Source of the DNA: Octopus bimaculoides
Lineage: Eukaryota
Direction of reading: 5' to 3'
Assembly: GCF_001194135.2 (NCBI RefSeq)
Contig: NC_068982.1
Location: 150,826,442-150,890,441 of the forward strand
DNA length: 64,000 nt
In this document: positions 1 through 13,775 of the stretch, piece after piece
Position numbering within the stretch: the stretch's first letter is position 1
Layout of the letters: the number at the start of each line of letters is the position of its first letter
Translations under genes and position numbers: made by a program
The notes under the pieces: generated by a model
What the model was told of the DNA's origin: nothing
What the model saw: only the letters and a program-made list of their open reading frames with translations
Database searches by the model: none

Positions 1-405
1 ATGCGTCATACAGTCTGTCTTTTACTCTGAGTGAGAGTCCCTTTGTCGCCAGCAGGGGTAAGAGCTCTCTAAACTTTGCCCAGGCTATTCTTATTCTAGC
101 AGCTACACTTTCAGCGCACCCACCCCCACTACTAACTTGGTCGCCCAGATAGCGGAAGCTATCGACTACCTCTAGTTTTTCACCCTGGAATGAGATAGAA
201 GTTGTTTCCTGTTTGTTTACAGTCTTTATTGCACCTGAACATCTGCCACAAACAAAAACTAACTTCCTAGTTAACCTGCCTTTGATGTTGCTGCACCTCT
301 TATGTGTCCATAGCTTGCACCGGGTACATCTTATAGAGTTACTACCTACTCCTTTTCTTCTTCTCTTTTTCTACATACTGAGCAGGGCCATCTACCTGAA
401 GGGGT
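1..405 (-). mobile_element. RTE LINE fragment (PHD-like finger to YLGD region)
   Basis: Minus strand reads WPCSVCRK..GVGSNSIRCTRCKLWTHKRC..VCGRC then VVDSFRYLGDQVSSGGG; homologous to 4300-4700. Confidence 0.88.
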
Positions 406-421
406 TTATATATATATATAT

Positions 422-463
<42 letters not shown>

Positions 464-652
464 TAGCAATGAGAAAATGGAGGATAATATGCAGTATCCA
501 TCGACTTGCAGACAATGTATTCCATTGATTAATTTGTTTATTTTATAACTAAAATGACAAAATCACAATATACAGATGCTTATGACATACCATGTTATAT
601 TAACAATTAAGGTTACAAATATAAAGTACATTTAGCAATTGGAGAATGTACA

Positions 653-789
653 GAAACTTACAGCTGTTTCGGCCTAGCGTTGGCATGCCCCATTCTATCT
701 CTGTAGCTCCTGTGCGCCGGAATAATTAGCAGATGAAAATGCTGTAATGGGGGGTACATGCATGATTCGCTAGGCCTCTTCAGAGATTT
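653..789 (-). ncRNA. Minimal type I hammerhead ribozyme motif (Penelope-type), core intact
   Basis: CUGAAGA (783-777), 9-bp helix II ggcctagcg/cgctaggcc, GAAAC-AGCU-GUA (670-659), short helix I (aatct/agttt, one mismatch). Confidence 0.72.
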
Positions 790-1539
790 ACAAAATTTAA
801 TACAAATATAAAATAAAATAAGAATAAAGTAAAAAATAAAATAAATGAAAAATGAAAATATAAAAATATAAGGCACATAAAAAAGCCTACAAACAGTATA
901 TAAAACCATATAAATAGTTATAAACACTCCAATACACATGCCTGTGCCTGTGTACATAACCATACGTAGATATCTATGGATACAAAAGCATAGATAGATG
1001 AGTACATATGTGTGTCCAGATGCACATACCCAGCTGGCTGTACATGCACACCAAAATAGTCTCCTAAGTTTCAACAAGCAATGTCAAAGGACAAGTTCTT
1101 GTATCTAAAGATGTTTATATGTTATAAAAATAAAATTCCTTTTATAAAATTTATATTAAAACTGAATGAATAAGATTGTATTTACAAGGAAGATATGTGA
1201 GATACCCTTAAGTATGATCTTGTACAATTCACTTATTTTGGGGTTGACAGGAATTTGGTCTACATTTTTGTTTACTCCTTTTTATATCATTCCAAGTGCC
1301 CCAATAACAATAAATAATATGGTTGTTTTGTGATGCTATATTCTTCTGATCTCTACTCCAAAGTCCTTATATTTGCTCAGTTTATATTCCTACCAATGCT
1401 CTTTGTGGAGGAGATTGTATGTGCAGCATATGTACTGAGCTGCCCTGTCACATCATTGCAAATACCCTGTTGGTGCCAATTGGCTGCATTAGAACTTATG
1501 TAGTTGATTGTCTCTAGATATTCTCTGCATATATAACAC

Positions 1540-2240
1540 AGTGGGCTACTTTCTGTTTCAGAACATTACTCTTGTAGCTTCTAGTTGGAAAGCATTCATG
1601 CAGCAATAATATACCTCTCAATTTCCAGCTTGAGGACCAGAGCATGCTAGGCACTAATGAATAAGGATTTGGTCTCCCTGGCTCTAATTGGGTATTTGCC
1701 GTGCAGTGATTTTTGCTTCCACTTCTCCTTAGCATATTAGAGGCTGATTTGTTTGACTATATTATTGTAATGTTGTATAGTTGGAAACAGCAGAAAGACA
1801 AAGTTGACCTTTTGGAATTTGGACTAAGAATGTGAAGAACTGGAACAAATATTGCAAGGCATTTTTCTGACACTAACAATTCTGCCAATCCAATAATAAT
1901 ATTGTAACCTTTGATAAGAAGAAACTTTGTATTGTAATCAATGTTGGCATTGCACATAAGAAAAAGGAAAAGGTAAGAGTAGAATTATATATCAAATTGC
2001 AATCTTTCTATGTTGCAACAAAGAAATCAACAAGATCATGATCTAGATAATTATCGTTGGATCATTGGGGCTTTGGGAATTGTTATAAGTTTGAGAGCAG
2101 CCCTTGGAAAATTAGAACTTCATCTGGGAATGTGTGTAGTGCAGAAAACCGGCTTACTAGGTTCAGCAAAAATTATCCAGAAAGTCAGAACAGATATCAA
2201 GGGTGGAAAAAGTACTCATTCTAGACCATGAGTTTGGGTT
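1540..2240 (+). mobile_element. Degenerate R4/Dong-type (RLE) non-LTR retrotransposon, 3' part
   Basis: Fragments NIVTFDKKKLCIVINVGIA and IIGALGIV...VVQKTGLLGSAKIIQKV resemble the RLE domain and C-terminus (IGALG...LQKxxLLGTARILRKV). Confidence 0.65.
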
Positions 2241-3189
2241 TGATAGGATGCATAGTTAAAGCAGCTACAATATCAATATCGTATAACAGCATAGTAATGA
2301 TAATGAACTTATTATTTGAGAAATTTTCTATCATTGTGTGTGAGTCCTGCAGAGGTACACATATTAGTGTGTGCGTGTGCATGTGTGTATGTGCATGTGC
2401 ATATGTGTATATGCGTGTGTGTGAGCCTTGCAACTATGTTGAACATATAGGATGGTGTCTGGTGAGACCTTCATGTGGGCTACGCATATTGCACATACTG
2501 TAATTATAATTCAAACATCAAAACTTAAGATTAGTGAGAAATAGCGAAAAGAAGTATTCTATTATAAGATTGTGCTATCGGTGCTGAGAGATAAATTAGA
2601 TAAAAAAAGGGAAGCTTGCCATGTGTTTCAGGTGTGAACATATTCATTAATATAATCAGAGGGCAGATGGGATGTTTTTTTCAGAAATGATAAATTTGCA
2701 GTTGGCAGTACACATGTAATTTTTTTAAAATAGATAAAAAAAGAAATGCACCAGAAAATACTAAATGTAAATTAATTAACATCTAGGAATCACATTTATT
2801 GAATTATGTGGATCAATAATTTATTAAAGGTTTTAAGAGTTGTATGGTAAGAAAAGAGGAACAGGATATTATGAGGATATTTGGATTGTCACAGCAGTTT
2901 ATGATGATGATGACAGCAGTAATAAAGATGTCATTAAGGGTAATGGTAAGGAAATTGATGACAGTAGCTGGGTTTATAATATTGGGAGTTGACATCCATT
3001 GTCAAATTCTTATTTGTAATTTAGTAATGCTTCACCCATAAATTGTATCTAAACTAATCACTATTAAATCATTATGAAGATTAACATCAGAATTAGTGTA
3101 GTAATGTTCCTATGTCCACCCATATCCAATAGTAGAGTTCTTATTTTGACAGTGTGAAAATATGATAAATAATGATATAGATAAAAAAA

Positions 3190-5570
3190 GAGGAAGTTTG
3201 CCTATGTTCAGCGATGTGAGGACCAAAGAATTGAAGTGTTCTGAATTGTAAGACAGTGTGTGAGAGAAAATTGTGATTTCATAGGAGAGAAATGTGTCCA
3301 CATAGATGATGGGGCACTTGCATTTAGTGATTCTGTAAAGGAAGAGGCTTGGAAATGCCATTATGGAAGACTGCTGAATGTAGAGAATGAATGGAAGGAG
3401 AAGGATCTGCCAAATGTTGACTCAATTGAGAGACCAGCTACCTGAATTGACAGTACCTTGGTAGATAAAGCAATTAAGGACATGAAGTCAAGGAAAGCCC
3501 CTAGCCCTTCAGGAGTCACCACTGAGATACTTAAAATATCTGGCAGTGTAGGTTATGGCCTAGATACCTGTATTGTAAATCAGGTGGTTAAAGAAGGAGT
3601 CACTTCCAATGACTGGTGTAGCAGCACCATAGTCAACTGCTACAAAGGTAAAGGTGATGTCTTGGATAGAAATAATTACAGAGGTATCAAATTGTTGGAT
3701 TAGGTGATGAAAGTTACGGAGAGAGTCATAACCCAACTAATTAGGATGAGAATTAGTCTAGATGAGATGCAGTTTGGGTTTTGTGCCAGGGAGAAGCACC
3801 ATTGATGCTATATTTCTGGTAAAGCACCTGCAGGAGAAATACATAGCCAAAGATAAACTTCTATACTTAGCTTTTGTTGACTTGGAGAAAGCTTTTGACA
3901 AGGTCCCCTGATCCCTTATCTGGTGGTCAATATGGCAACTAGGGATAGATGAGTGGCTGCTGAGAGCTGTACAAGCCAGATACAGAGTTGCTACCAGTAA
4001 GGTGAGGATTGGCAACAAGTACAGTGAAGAATTCAAGGTACAAGTAAGGGTTTACCAAGGATCAGTCCTAAGCCCCCTCTTGTTCATCATAGTCCTCCAG
4101 GCAATAACAAGAGGAATTTAAGACAGGCTACACCTGGAAGCTCCTCTATGCCAATGGTCTAGTTCTTATAGCTGAATCACTACCAGAACTAGAGAAGAAG
4201 TTTCAGTTATGGAAGCAAGGTCTAGAATCAAAGGGCCTTAGAGTTAACCTAGCAAAAACTAAAGTCTTAGTAAGTAGGAAGTCAGACAAATCACAATTCA
4301 TTTCAAGTAGATGGCCCTGCTTGATCTGTAGAAAAATGTAGGTAGTAACTCTGTAAGATGCACTCGGTGTAAGCTTTGGAAACATAAAAGGTACAGCAAT
4401 ATCTGAGGAAAGTTAACAGGGAAAATAGCTTTTGTGCATGGTAGATGTACAGGTACAATAAACACTGAAAATATACAGAAAATAGACACCATCAACTGCT
4501 ATAGGCATAAGCTAGAGGTAGTAGATAGCTTCTGTTACCTAGGTGATCAAATTAATGGCAGAGGTGGATGCTCTGAGAGCACAGCTGTCAGAATAAGATT
4601 AGATTGGGCAAAGTGCAGAGAGTTCCTACCTCTGATGGAAACAAAGGGTCTCTCTCTCTCAGAGTGAAAGGCAGATTGTATGATGCCTGTGTGCAAACAG
4701 CTATGCTACATGGCAGTGAAATATGGGCTGTGACTACCAAGGACATATGTAGGCTTGAAAGAAATGAAGCCAGTATGCTTCGCTAGATGTGCAATATCAA
4801 TGTGCATGTTTGATAGAGTGTAAGCATCTTGAGAGAAAAGTTAGGCATAAGAGGTATCAGATGTTGTGTGCAAGAGAGATGAATATGCTGGTATGGTCAT
4901 GTGATACATATGGACGAGGTCAGCTGTGTAAAGAAGTGCTGATCCCTAACTGTGGAGGGAACCTGTGGTAGAAGTAGACCCAAGAAGACATGGGATGAGG
5001 TGGTGAAGCATGATCTCTGAACTTTGGGCCTCACAGAGGCAATGACTAGTGACCAAGACCTTTGGCGATATGCTGTACTTGAGAAGATCCAAGCCAAATG
5101 AAATCACAGTTGTAGCTGATGCTGTCATGTAACTGGCCCCCCTGCAGGTGACATGTAAAAAGCACCTTTTAAGCGTTGAGCCTCATGGAAGCAAAGTGGC
5201 AGAGCTCCTTTTGAATCTTGGGCCTCACAGAGGCAATGACCGAGACCTTTGGCATTATGACTGAGATCTTTGGCATTATGTTGTGCTTGAGAAGAAGATC
5301 CATCAAGCCAAGTAAAATTGTAGTCATGGCAGATACTGGTGTCACAGAAATGGCACCCATGCTGGTGGCACGTAAAAGCACCTTTCTAGTGTTGGGCCCC
5401 ACAGAGGCAAAGACTGAGACCATTTGGCATTATGCTGAGCTTAAAACATTGGGCCTCATTGAGGCAATGACCGAGTTCATTTGGCATTATACTATGATTG
5501 AGACGAAGACTGCTCAAACTGTCCAACCCATGCCAGCATGGACAACGGACGTTAAATGATGATAATGACA
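3190..5570 (+). mobile_element. 5'-truncated degenerate RTE LINE (RT region) with SINE-like 3' tail
   Basis: YKGKGDVLDRNNYRGIKLLD, FVDLEKAFD, YLGD and GRPKKTW-like segments with many stops and frameshifts; ends gttaaatgatgataatg. Confidence 0.92.
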
Positions 5571-7169
5571 CAGACTTATGACATATACTAAATCCCTCTT
5601 GAAATATAGTAATATTGGAACCATATTAATACTGTATCACACTGCAAAAGACTACATGATATTACAAAATATTACATGACACAACAAAATACAGCACTGC
5701 AAAACAGAATACAGTATGGCACTGGTTAGCTTTCAGTTCTGAAAGAACATCAATAACATCTAACAACTTGTACTCAATGCTATAAGATCAGTGAAGTGGG
5801 CTGTGGAGGTGAGATATAAGAAGCAGGGCAGTGGGCTGTGAAATTCAGACATAAAAACAAGGGTATTGGGCTGTGTAAGTCAGGTATAAGGGGCAATGGA
5901 GTAAACTGCCTTTTCCTTTTCTCTTTTCTCACAAGACGCCACAAGCTTTTCTTTCTCTTGCAAGTTACTCATTCTTTTACAAATTAACTGTTCTACTGAT
6001 CTGTTGGGTTCTTTTTCTCGGCTCCTGGTTTGTTTAAAAGAAAGACTTTTCTTAATTTCTTTTTTATCAAAGCCAAGACACATGCTATTCTTCCTCACTG
6101 TGTGACAGCTCTTCTACCAAATTCCAACTTCAGCTGCAATTCTTGGTTCAATTAATTAAGAATATCATTACTTTAGCAACCACATTTTCACAGTTTGCAA
6201 TATACATTAACAGGGAACAAAAGAGGCAAATTAGTTGATGAATTTAATATCAAGAACAAATACAATAGATATGTGAGAGTAATTCATATGCTTTGAGTTA
6301 CACACAAAGAATATAATTTCATGTATAAAAATTATGTTGTCATTACATGCATGTGGAGTAAATAATTGTCAATGAAATATAACTCAATCTCGTGATGTTT
6401 CTAAATGAGTTCTTTGTAATATGGAAATGGAAAAATATGTTCAAATTTAAAACAAATTACAATTAAATGGGGCTTGAACAATTTACCAGTATTGTTTGAG
6501 CAATTTGTACATGAATTGTCATTCGTCATTGTGGCTACATATTTTTTAAAAAAATTTGTGGAATGGTTAAAAATATTTTAGACTGACTCTATGGTTACTA
6601 ACTTTATTAAATACTTTATTTATGTATTCATTTATTGCATATAAAATAGATGGTTCTTCAAATCTAAATATATTTTACATCTGGGAAATACTTTTTCTTT
6701 TAATTAGTTTCAACTTGACTGACTAAAGCATCAGTAGCTAACATCATGTCTTTAGTGCTCTTCCCTGCCATTTACAACATCTAAAATTGTAACTGCTTAC
6801 TCTAAGTACCATATTGGTTATAATCTGCCCACTATGAAATTAACAGGTCTTTAATTAGCCTGTAACATTGAAATCAAATACTGTCCTGTTTCTAGAGTAA
6901 ACAATGAGGAAACAGCTTTAGTCTATTCTCCTTTGGCTCACTAGATCACAGTTGGGTAAATTTTTCTCCATGATGGCCACATGAACATGTAAAAGGCCTG
7001 AGATTACTAAATAAAAGTTATTTTTGCACAAAAGTATAATTATTGATTTATTGCAAATAGTTTGGAATTATTTAGTAAACAAAGCAACAGGTATAACTGA
7101 ATTTAATGTTATGATTCTTCATTGAAGCTATTTGTTGAGGCAGATTTTTGACAGCTGAAAACCCTTCCT

Positions 7170-7300
7170 GTTGTCAACCCTCACTTGTTTTGGGTACAGT
7201 CCCACTGTGTGGCACTTTGGAAAAGTGTCTTCTACTATAGTTCCAGGCTGATCAAAATTTTGCAAGAGGATTTGATAGACAGAAACTGATGATGATGATG
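7170..7300 (+). mobile_element. CORE-like tRNA SINE fragment
   Basis: gtcccactgtgtggcactttggaaaagtgtcttctactatag...gacagaaactga, shared with 35820-35990. Confidence 0.55.
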
Positions 7301-8024
7301 CTCATGAGATACTGTAATAGGTTTTTTTGTAATGATAATGATGTTGGTAGGGTGTCAATGAATGGAATAATTTTAGTGAAACTATTTTAGTGTAACTATT
7401 TTAGGGAGCTGATTTCATGCATACACCTTACTGCAAATAATTGTCATTGCCACCACTGACACTACCATGACTACCAACAGCCATTCCAAACAATGAATAA
7501 GCAGCAGCAGAACTGCCGCCACTGCCATTTATCATTTCCATCTCTTACTTTTCCATTTTGTTTTCTATGACTTTCTCTTTCTCACTCTATTTTGAGTAAC
7601 TTGTCTTAGCATGATGCAAAAGGTTAGATATGAATGAGCTATCATATTAATATATAACATTACCATTATTATCCTTTTTATGTTCACTTTCTGATGCTCC
7701 CATGGGTTGACTATGCTTGTTTTAGCACATTTTGGGATTCTCTGTCATCTTTTTTATGAGGTTCAGCACCCTGAGGTCAGACTTCTCCACATCTTCCAAT
7801 ATATTTTTTGATCTTTCTCTTTCATAGTCTCTTCCCATTTGCACCATGGTAATAAAAACTAACATGTTTAAAAAGCAAGACATTAAACTGTCATGTTAAT
7901 TAAGAAGTAGCATGATAATAAAAAGGGACCTAATGATAAAATATAATACATAAAATATTAAGAAAACAATAATAAAATTAGCGGTATTCAAATTAAGAGA
8001 AAGTAAATTAAAAACATAAATGAA

Positions 8025-8175
8025 GGCATGTGGCCTAGTGTTTAGAGTGTTGCATGTATGATTGTGAGAACATGAGTTTGCTTCCTGGACCAGGTGAAGC
8101 ATTGTGCTCTTGAGTAAAACACTTTATTTCATGCTGTTCCAGTCCACTCAGCTGTATATGAGTAACCCTGCAATA
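8025..8175 (+). mobile_element. tRNA-derived SINE (second family)
   Basis: gtggcctagtgtttagagtgttgca head and ttgagtaaaacactttatttca body; related inverted copy at ~45060-45290. Confidence 0.55.
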
Positions 8176-9022
8176 TAACTATAACTAACATAATTATAAC
8201 TAGCTTAAGCTCAATTATTTTATCTAATATACTCTGGCTATCTCAGCTTAAATGTCTATTTCTTTGCTAACAGTGTACCTGTGTCACTGCTGTTATCCAG
8301 AAGAGTTTGTACTTTTGTTCTTTGCCTGTGATGAGTCCAGTTGAGGTTGCTTTCTGTCTTTATTTGCACAGCATACATCTATTTGTCACCATTCAAGTAT
8401 TTCCACAATCCCTCCTGACCTACCTTTTATTGTGCCTATATTGATGATAGCAGCCCTAAATATGTTGACTTGACAGGAAAAGGTGAGGTGAGTTTGTGGA
8501 ATCTACCTTCTGCAGTTGAAAAGAAGAAAGTTTGTGTGATTTTATAGTTCTCACTTATAGTTTCTACCTTTAGATGATTTAATACTATTATTTGCTTTCA
8601 AAATGAATTACAACAAACAACTATTAACATATTAGGTTAAGTATAAGCCTCAGATGCCTGGCATATGTTAAATAATAAGGGATGAAAGAGTTTGTTAGAA
8701 GTAGACAATTGTTAGTAATGCAACTCATATCCTGACAAGTATACATTGGTATATATATATATATATATATATATGCAGGCAAGATTTCAAGGATACAGGT
8801 TGTAGTGAGACAGGGGGCCGCTGCAGGCTTTCTGCATGAGGCTGACTTATAATGTATGTAACAAAGGTGCTTATTGTGACAGACTTCTGCAAAAGCACCG
8901 ATTGGAAAGCACCATATGGTTTTTGATAGTTTGGGAGAGAAACTAGGTTTCTATATAAATTTTTACCAAGTATGAATAATATTCTTATAATAAAGTATAT
9001 TAATAGATTAGATAATAGCTGA

Positions 9023-9550
9023 CATGGCCGATGACAGCACCGCCTGACTGGCATCCGTGCTAGTGGAACATTAAGAACACCATCCGAGCGTGATCAATGC
9101 CAAGGCCACTGACAGGCTCCCGTGCTGGTGGTACATAAAAAGCACCATTTGAGCGTGATTGTTACCAGTGTTGCCTTATTGGCACTTGTGCCAGTGGCAC
9201 ACGAAAAACAACATTTGAGCGAGGTCGTTGCCAGTGCCGCTGGACTGGCTCCTGTGCAGGTGGCACATAAAAAACACCATTCAAGTGTAACTGTTGCCAT
9301 TACCACCTGACTAGCCCTCATGCCGGTGGCACGTAAAAGCACCCACTACACTCTTGGAGTGGTTGGCGTTAGGAAGGGCATCCAGCTGTAGAAACTCTGC
9401 AAGATCAGATNNNNNNNNNNCCAGCTGTAGAAACTCTGCAAGATCAGATTGGAACCTGGTGCAGCCATCTGGCTCACCAGTCCTCAGTCAAACTGTCCAA
9501 CCCATTCCAGCATGGAAAGCGGACGTTACAAGACGATGATGATGATGATG
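9023..9550 (+). mobile_element. RTE-tail SINE-like element
   Basis: Repeated gtggcacgtaaaagcacc units, ggttggcgttaggaagggcatccagc, ends ggaaagcggacgtta..gatgatgatg. Confidence 0.8.
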
Positions 9551-10331
9551 TTAAATACATTATCTTTTGGATGAGATGGAGATATTAGTAGAAATAAATA
9601 ATATACACAGATATACACACACATACATACAAAGAATTTAAGGCAGAACTTGATACAAAGAATTTTGAAGATATATTGTTTTACCTTGCAGTTTTCAATC
9701 CTTTATATACAGAGAATGGGTTCTTCAAGGCAACAAAACTTATCAACCTTCAGCAAACTCTCTTTTGTCTTTCCCACAGCAATAAAACAACCTTATGAAT
9801 GAATAGCAAGTCTGTTGCTCAAAACAGCTTTGTATATAAAATACCAATAACTTACCTTCTATATCTAACATCCAGTATTTTTTAGTCAGTTAGGTACTTT
9901 TCTAAACAGTCTTGGAGATGAGTGAAATGTTATGTTAACCTATTTAGCATTTGAGCTCCACAGAACCTTCAGTTCTAAATTTGTTACAAGCATGTATCTG
10001 TCATAAAGCAAACCTGCTGCTGAGTTACGCTCAAAACTTAACAGAATTAATTTTAAAGCAATGTTATGAAGACATTTGAAGTTATGATATTCTATCTCTA
10101 CACTGCCTTCTATAAGATGAGAATTGAGAAGAAAGTAAATTTGCACAGCAGATAATGGCTTTTTACACATTCACGCTACGTACTCAATGCATTGCTCATG
10201 GAATGTATATTTATACCTTCAGATTTTTGATAGAGGAAGGAAAATACTGTGTGCGGGTCCTTTTTCAAAATATATGAAAAGTGCATTATTTACATTTTAA
10301 CGGATATTTGTCCTCATCTTGTTTGTTGTTA

Positions 10332-10375
10332 ACACAATGTTTCAGCTGATATACCCTCCAGGCTTCATCAGGTGT
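10332..10375 (-). ncRNA. Minimal hammerhead-like motif (left arm)
   Basis: acac-CUGAUGA-agccug..cagcu-GAAAC-AUU-gugu; helix III ACGU palindrome changed to ACAU. Confidence 0.5.
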
Positions 10376-10432
10376 CTAGGGGAAATTTCAAACCTGGGTT
10401 CTCATTCCTAAGGTATTTTTTGATGTTATTAC

Positions 10433-10473
<41 letters not shown>

Positions 10474-10654
10474 TCACTGCCTGGAATTGAACTTGGAATC
10501 TTGGGATTAGTAGCCCGCGCTCTTAACCACTACACCATATCCTCTAGTAGCCCACGCTCTTAACCACTATGCCATATGCCCATGGGCATATGGCGTAGTG
10601 GTTAAGAGCGCGGGCTATTAATCCCAAGATTCTGAGTTCAATTCCAGCCAGTGA

Positions 10655-10704
<50 letters not shown>

Positions 10705-10764
10705 GCAACAACAACACCAAAAAATACCTTACGAATGAGAACCCAGGTTCAAAATTTCCCCAAG

Positions 10765-10808
10765 ACACCTGATAAAGGCTGGAGGGTATATCAGCCGAAA
10801 TGTTGTGT
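10765..10808 (+). ncRNA. Minimal hammerhead-like motif (right arm)
   Basis: acac-CUGAUAA-a-ggcug/cagcc-GAAAU-GUU-gugu; core G changed to A and ACGU changed to AUGU. Confidence 0.5.
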
Positions 10809-11236
10809 TAAAACCAAACAAGATGAGGACAAATATCCATCAAATGTAAATAATGTACATAATTCCTCATCTCTTAAATATAGAACTGTATATGAGAAGT
10901 GCTTCTAATTTATTCCTAAACCTTCATCTAGGACCAGACTGGGAGACTGTTCTGACACCAAATTTGCAATCATCTGATAAATGATTTCTTATATTATTTC
11001 AAAACTTTATAATTTTTGAGAAACATTTATACTTTGTATAAGAAATGCTGAAAAAGAAGTTCTGATTGTGAATTGAAATGGGTATGGAATTTGTTTGTCA
11101 AAAGTATATGGTAGAACACAAAAATTAAAAATTAAAAAGAAAAACAAACATTTCTCTGAGGAAACTTCCATCAATGATTTACTTCTGTAAGGAGTATTTA
11201 CAGCAATCTTTGACAAGTACATAACAATGAAAGTTA

Positions 11237-11275
<39 letters not shown>

Positions 11276-11299
11276 CACATACATATATAATTATATAAT

Positions 11300-12580
11300 T
11301 AGTTTTTTGCTGTTCTTTCTAGCGGGTCAGATGTCCTATTATAGGCATCTCTGTATTTTAAATGAATAATATATAGTCTATTGACTGATTTTTATTCTCA
11401 CTAGACCACTGGTGGTAAATAAAATTTCTAAAATTTTTTTTGCTGCCCTATAATNNNNNNNNNNNNNNNNNNNNNNNNNNNNNNNNNNNNNNNNNNNNNN
11501 NNNNNNNNNNNNNNNNNNNNNNNNNNNNNNNNNNNNNNNNNNNNNNNNNNNNNNNNNNNNNNNNNNNNNNNNNNNNNNNNNNNNNNNNNNNNNNNNNNNN
11601 NNNNNNNNNNNNNNNNNNNNNNNNNNNNNNNNNNNNNNNNNNNNNNNNNNNNNNNNNNNNNNNNNNNNNNNNNNNNNNNNNNNNNNNNNNNNNNNNNNNN
11701 NNNNNNNNNNNNNNNNNNNNNNNNNNNNNNNNNNNNNNNNNNNNNNNNNNNNNNNNNNNNNNNNNNNNNNNNNNNNNNNNNNNNNNNNNNNNNNNNNNNN
11801 NNNNNNNNNNNNNNNNNNNNNNNNNNNNNNNNNNNNNNNNNNNNNNNNNNNNNNNNNNNNNNNNNNNNNNNNNNNNNNNNNNNNNNNNNNNNNNNNNNNN
11901 NNNNNNNNNNNNNNNNNNNNNNNNNNNNNNNNNNNNNNNNNNNNNNNNNNNNNNNNNNNNNNNNNNNNNNNNNNNNNNNNNNNNNNNNNNNNNNNNNNNN
12001 NNNNNNNNNNNNNNNNNNNNNNNNNNNNNNNNNNNNNNNNNNNNNNNNNNNNNNNNNNNNNNNNNNNNNNNNNNNNNNNNNNNNNNNNNNNNNNNNNNNN
12101 NNNNNNNNNNNNNNNNNCTTTTTCACGCAAATGAAAGAATATTTTTTGGCTAATTTCTGAAAGAAAATCGGCATTTTTGTATTTGCTGCCGATAAGGTAA
12201 AGCGCACATGCGTGGTAAATTTTGAAAAATTAATATATAAACATAAGCCATCTTTCCTATGACTTGTGTTTATATGTAATCTGGTTATTCCGCTGAAGAT
12301 AGTTTGACCTTGTAAGGTATATTTTTATCTTGCTAAAATAACTTGAAACCATGGTGCGGAATATAGATTGGTATATGTTTTTATTTTTCATTCCCTTTCG
12401 AAATTATTCCTATTTTTGTGGTATAGAGTTTTTTGCTGCTCTTTCTAGTGGGTCAGATGTCCTATTATAGGCATCTCTGTATTTTAAATGAATAATATAT
12501 AGTCTATTGACTGATTTTTATTCTCGCTAGACCACTGGTGGTAAATAAAATTTCTAAAATTTTTTTTGCTGCCCTATAAT
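11300..12580. repeat. ~150-bp direct repeat (11300-11454 and ~12428-12580) around an N-gap
   Basis: agttttttgctg..gggtcagatgtcctattataggc..gctgccctataat occurs twice, near-identical. Confidence 0.8.
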
Positions 12581-12594
12581 TCATTAATAATGAT

Positions 12595-13775
<1,181 letters not shown>

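Larger units (their letters stand above)
10283..10857. repeat. ~575-bp palindrome: head-to-head tRNA-headed units with Penelope-type hammerhead tails
   Basis: Arms are reverse complements about the centre gccca|tgggc (10582/10583). Each arm has an A/B-box head, an (AAT)n tract, then a CTGATRA..GAAA motif. Confidence 0.9.

Noticed and set aside
5170-5500. Repeated gggcctcacagaggcaatgac units as CRISPR-like array
   Set aside because: Degenerate local duplications of the RTE 3' end in eukaryotic DNA; no regular spacers or cas genes.
9376-9452. Direct repeat either side of a 10-N gap
   Set aside because: Typical contig-overlap artefact.
10586-10660. tRNA gene
   Set aside because: A/B boxes present but the cloverleaf is imperfect and it is embedded in a repeat unit; treated as a tRNA-derived head.
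11378-12207. Long ORFs of 237-259 aa
   Set aside because: Almost entirely X from the N-gap.
11300-12580. Duplicated 150 bp as possible LTR pair
   Set aside because: No TG..CA ends, PBS or PPT; one copy abuts the gap, so tandem repeat or assembly overlap is likelier.
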